A stretch of 64,000 nucleotides of DNA, from assembly GCA_964016885.1 (NCBI GenBank), contig OZ024743.1, forward strand, positions 266,414,001 to 266,478,000, given 5' to 3'. Positions 57,343-64,000 of the stretch are shown one piece after another. The number at the start of each line of letters is the position of its first letter. The first letter of the stretch is position 1. This stretch comes from Eledone cirrhosa. Its lineage: Eukaryota. Under the pieces are notes generated by a model. That model did not search any database. It was not told where the DNA came from and saw only the letters and a program-made list of their open reading frames with translations. A program made the position numbers and the translations under genes.

Positions 57343-58004
57343 GAGAGAGAGAGACAGATTTTATTGACAATTTTAATATAATACTTATGTAAGTGAATGA
57401 AGTGTTTTTCACAGAACAACAGACCCCGAGAACTAATGTCCTACAGAAAGTAATTTCGTGATCTGAGTTCAATTTCCAACAAAACTCTTAAAATGAATGC
57501 CGGTAATATTCTGGACTTGTTGCTAATATTTCCTAAATCTTAATCATATTTCAATGAAGCCTGGAAGTCTCTATGCTTTAGCTCAATTTCTTACGCATAA
57601 CATCGGGTGCAACTTCCAGATATAACATCCTACCACCTTAAAGAGAAATAGGTTGAATAATAAGCTTCTAAGGAAAACAGGGGCCCTGTTAGAGCAACTC
57701 TACAAAGACCGAGTGATGCTCTATCGTGCAAGAAGAGTTGATGAAAAACAACATTTGATTATAGCATCATCATGATTATCCTCTGCGACCGCCAATTCTT
57801 GGAGTATTGGTGGCTCTCCCGTATTCTTTGGGTATTTTTAATTATATCAGTAGAGACTAGGACCGATTCATTTACCGTGAACTTGTCCTACTATGTTCCG
57901 CATTACGCAACCAAAAGTTATCTTAAATGGCTAAGTGACTTGAACATGGAAAGTTAAAAGTTGTAAGATTATAATTTTTCGGATCATGTCTTTAATCAGT
58001 ATTC

Positions 58005-58573
58005 AATTCAGTATTCGTGCCAACCAATACTTCTAGTCATGAATCTTCGGTAATGACAGAAAGAATACGATCGCGAATACTAACGGCCGAAATGGGTTTC
58101 CTCCGAAGGGTCTGTGTAGTAACGTTATTCGATAAAGTACATAGCTCAGATATCAGAGAGTCACCACAGGTAGAGACGCTACTTCTCCGAATTGCCATAT
58201 CACAGCTCCGGTTCTATGGGGATGTGGTTAAAATGGCCCAGGAAAGAATCGCTGGACAGCTTTTACATGCAAAACCAACTGGCAGGAGCCCTAGGGATAG
58301 GCTCGGAGCAAGATGGTTGGGTAACATATATGCGCTCGGTTGTTATCGCTTGGGTATCTAGCCGGATAATTTGGAAGCGTTTGATTTTGACAAAATGTGC
58401 TGGAAGGAGTGTTTGAGTACACTGCCCCCATGACTCTCTCAGGAATAAGTTGACGAAGAAGAAGAAGAAGAAGAAGAAGAAGAAGAAGAAGAAGAAGAAG
58501 AAGAAGAAGAAGAAGAAGAAGAAGAAGAAGAAGAAGAAGAAGAAGAAGAAGAAGAAGAAGAAGAAGAAGAAGA
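58005..58573 (+). mobile_element. RTE-clade LINE 3' end with (GAA)n tail
   Basis: AEMGFLRRV...DKVHSSDIRE...QLRFYGDVVKM...GRSPRDR..RW; (GAA)n at 58455-58573. Confidence 0.8.
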
Positions 58574-58574
58574 A

Positions 58575-60647
<2,073 letters not shown>

Positions 60648-61529
60648 TGCATAAACCACCGAATCAAGTCCCATAAAATTTCGGATCCATATTATATTGT
60701 TATATCGCTCAAATATTCAATTTTGTATTATATATTTTGTATTCAAAAAAGAAAATGGTTATAAATGGAAGAAAACACCCTCTGTCTACACTATATAGAA
60801 CAGCCAAATAACAGCAATTTCACCAACACCAGAAACTTGATACACCATCTACCCCATCACACTAAATATAACAGCCAGATAACGGCAATTTCACCACCAC
60901 CACCACCTATCCCAGCATCATAATAATAATTACAATTATTATTGTCTCAAGTTTTAACAAAATGTTTAATTCCAATTTTACGGGAATATGTCAACACAAT
61001 ATATATTAAACATACGCGAAACAAACTCATAGATACTACATATCACAAAACTCAGTAACGACAACGCCACCGCCGCCACCACTCCATCCATCATTGCTAC
61101 CACTATCCCCTCACCGCCGCCACCACTCCTTCATTGCTACCACCACTATTCCCCTGTTAACTTAAGAAAGGGGAAGGTGGTGGTATCACTAGACAAGGGA
61201 GAGGCTAGCAAAAGATATAAATAGATTGACTTAGTGACCTGGCCACCGGCCAAACGTCAACAATCATCAACAACTATGGCACTGCTGGCTCCCCCCCTTC
61301 CTCACCAACAATATAAAAAGCCCCAGCACCACCACGGACATAGCCAACAACAATAACAGGCACTTCAGCAAAAAGTATATTATATTATTGTAATGCACTG
61401 GGTGATTGCTGGCCTTGTGCCTGGAGTGGAGACAATTATTAATAATTTCATTCTTAAACCACACAATGCTCACATTAAGGAACCACTCATGTTAATAATA
61501 ATTTAAAAAAAAAAAAAAAAAAGAAAACC

Positions 61530-64000
61530 CCGTGACCAAGAAATACCGGGATGGCGGCCGGCGGGGAATAGCCGTGTCTCTATGGGAGAACGACCCCTCT
61601 AGTCTTGGTTGACACTCGTTCTAGAAGTGGTAGCACGAAATGATTACCCTTTGGCGGATAAGGATAAAACGCGACAAAATAAAGTAAATGTCTAATGATA
61701 AAATCTCATACCGGATCGGCCGTCACCCGGGTAAAAAAGGGCCGCGTCCCTCAGAGAGGAACCAGACGGGTCGAAAAATCAGCTAATGGTTCAAACCTTC
61801 CCATCACTGCGGAGCTGGAGACCTCCCATAACCGGAATACTCCTACTGTTGGTCCTCCATGCTCACCACCAAGAAATCCAAAGAAAAGAGAGAAAAATGG
61901 TCAAGGGAAGATAATAAAGAAGTCCTTGAGGCTTTCTACACTGCCATGTACTACCCATCAAATACATCGAATACAGAACAGACATATATCAACTGGAAAA
62001 AGAAACATCCCGAAAACAGAGGCTATATTGACAGTAACAAACTAGCCAATATACGAAGAAATATTGTAAGAAAAAAGTTACTAACTAATATAGAAATTGA
62101 TCAGATCAAGCTATTAGCACAAAGTCAGCGAAGGGAAAAAGAAACATGTGTCAGTGAAAACGAGGTAAATTGTAACACTTCGAATCCCAGGGTTAGGGCG
62201 GAATCACTGGCAACAGAACAAATTAAAGAAAGGATCGAAAAAGTGGAGGGAGTGCATGCTCAAGATGAAACTCCAAATGAAAATAATGAGATCGTAAATG
62301 ATAAAGAAATGAATGAGAATGAACTTGCCAACTTGAAGGATGAAATTATGATCGAATGGATGAAAATGAAAGAATCTGACATGGGGCAACGAGACACCTT
62401 CCCTAAGATCCAAAACTCCAAACAGAGCCAAAAGATAATACACAAGACTAACATAATTCTCAAAAACATTATCATCACAAACAAACTAAACATTACTGTT
62501 TTAAATCATCTCTATTATGCATCGGCTAAAGTCACCACTCACTTATGTGGAGTGAAGATGAAAAAACAAAGGAATTCCCACAAGAAATCTACTTGGCAAG
62601 AGAACATCAATCGCCAAATAAACCTTCTTCGATCTGACAGAAATTTTAACAAACTGTAAAGTAGGTGAACATGTTAAACAAACTAAACTTAGAAAATTGA
62701 AAAGAAAGTACAGTATAAAATCAACAAGTGACATAGACATGCTGATAGAAATAATCAAGCAAAAAGTGTCGGCCAAAGCTGCTCGTATAAGGCGCTTTGA
62801 AAAACGATCTAGATTCTATAAGGACAATAATATGTTCAAAAACAACCAAAGAAACTTCAACAGAAAAATTGGTAAGTCAACAATAACTGCTAAATCAATA
62901 CCACCCAAGGAGGAAGTGCAAGAATTCTGGGAAAAGATCTGGGCCGAGAAAAAGTTCATAACATACATGCCCCATGGATAGACAGACAAATAGAAGATAC
63001 AGCTCACCTTGAGGAACAAATATGGGAAAATATAACAGTTGAACAGTTGCGCTTGGCTCTAAGAAAAACCAGCAAATGGAAATCCCCAGGAAAAGACAAA
63101 ATATCAAAACTTTTGGATAAATGCCTTCACAGAGTCTCATGAACTGTTAGCCCAACTTTACAATGAAATAGTTAAGGAGCCAGAAAAGATACCATCATGC
63201 CTAGTTAACGGCATTACATTCCTGCTTCCGAAGAATGATGAGACAAACAATCCCAAAAATTACAGACCGATAACTTGCTTGACCACAATTTATAAAATGT
63301 TAACATCTGTCCTAACTGAATACACATATGACCACCTGATAACAAATGACCTATTTCCCATTGAGCAGAAAGGGTGTAAACGAGGCTCATATGGCTGTAA
63401 GGATCAGCTTTTGTTTAACAAAATGATACTGGAAGATTGTCATAATAGACACAAAAATCTATCGATTTCTTGGATAGATTATAAAAAAGCATTCGATAGT
63501 TTGCCACACAGTTGGATTGAAAAATGTTTAGAGATTTTCAAAATATCCCCCGTTGTCAGGAGGTTTTTGTCATTCAGTATGAAGACATGGAAAACGACAC
63601 TCCTTTTGAATAGTGAAACAAAATCACTGGAAGCTGGAGAAGTTAATATTAATTGTAGAATTTTTCAGGGTGACTCTTTATCACCGCTTTTATTCCGCAT
63701 CGCGCTTATACCATTAAGTAAATTGCTCAATGAGACAAAACATGGATATAAAGTCTATGACAAAACCATTAATCACTTGTTCTACATGGATGACCTGAAA
63801 CTATTTGCAAAAAATGATGAACAATTGCAAGGGCTATTATCCACTGTGGAGCAGTTCAGTGATGACATTAAAATGGAGTTTGGACTAGATAAATGCGCCA
63901 AAGCAACGTTCACCAGAGGAAAGCTGCTGAAGAGTTCAGACATTAATCTTGATCGGGGGAACGTGATAAGAGAACTTGATCAAGGAAAACTTACAAATAT
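61530..64000 (+). mobile_element. R4/Dong-type LINE, 5' part running off the window
   Basis: KWSREDNKEV..., WKSPG.D.I.NFWI, NYRPITCL, WIDYKKAFDSLPH, IFQGDSLSP, LFYMDDLKLF; frameshifted. Confidence 0.92.

Noticed and set aside
61530-61690. Possible HDV-like ribozyme at the R4 5' end
   Set aside because: Could not assemble the nested pseudoknot by eye; needs a descriptor search

Overview
AT-rich, repeat-saturated animal DNA with no recognisable host protein-coding exon. The SINE/LINE repertoire and microsatellite density suggest an octopus or other coleoid cephalopod (inference). Nearly all listed ORFs are microsatellite translation artefacts. Real coding remnants are three R4/Dong-type (REL) LINE segments, a Penelope-like (PLE) GIY-YIG fragment, an APE-RT LINE and two RTE fragments. 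There are about 12 copies of one tRNA-like SINE and two small DNA-transposon MITEs. Many (TA)n tracts are strung with fold-back elements, several carrying minimal type I hammerhead-ribozyme motifs. The strongest signal is at 17847-18695: one arm of a PLE inverted repeat carries about 40 T>C changes (A>G on the minus strand) against its sister copies and few other changes. It ends in a locally templated junction plus a tandem duplication, which looks like an ADAR-hyperedited RNA written back into DNA. All counts are by-eye alignments.
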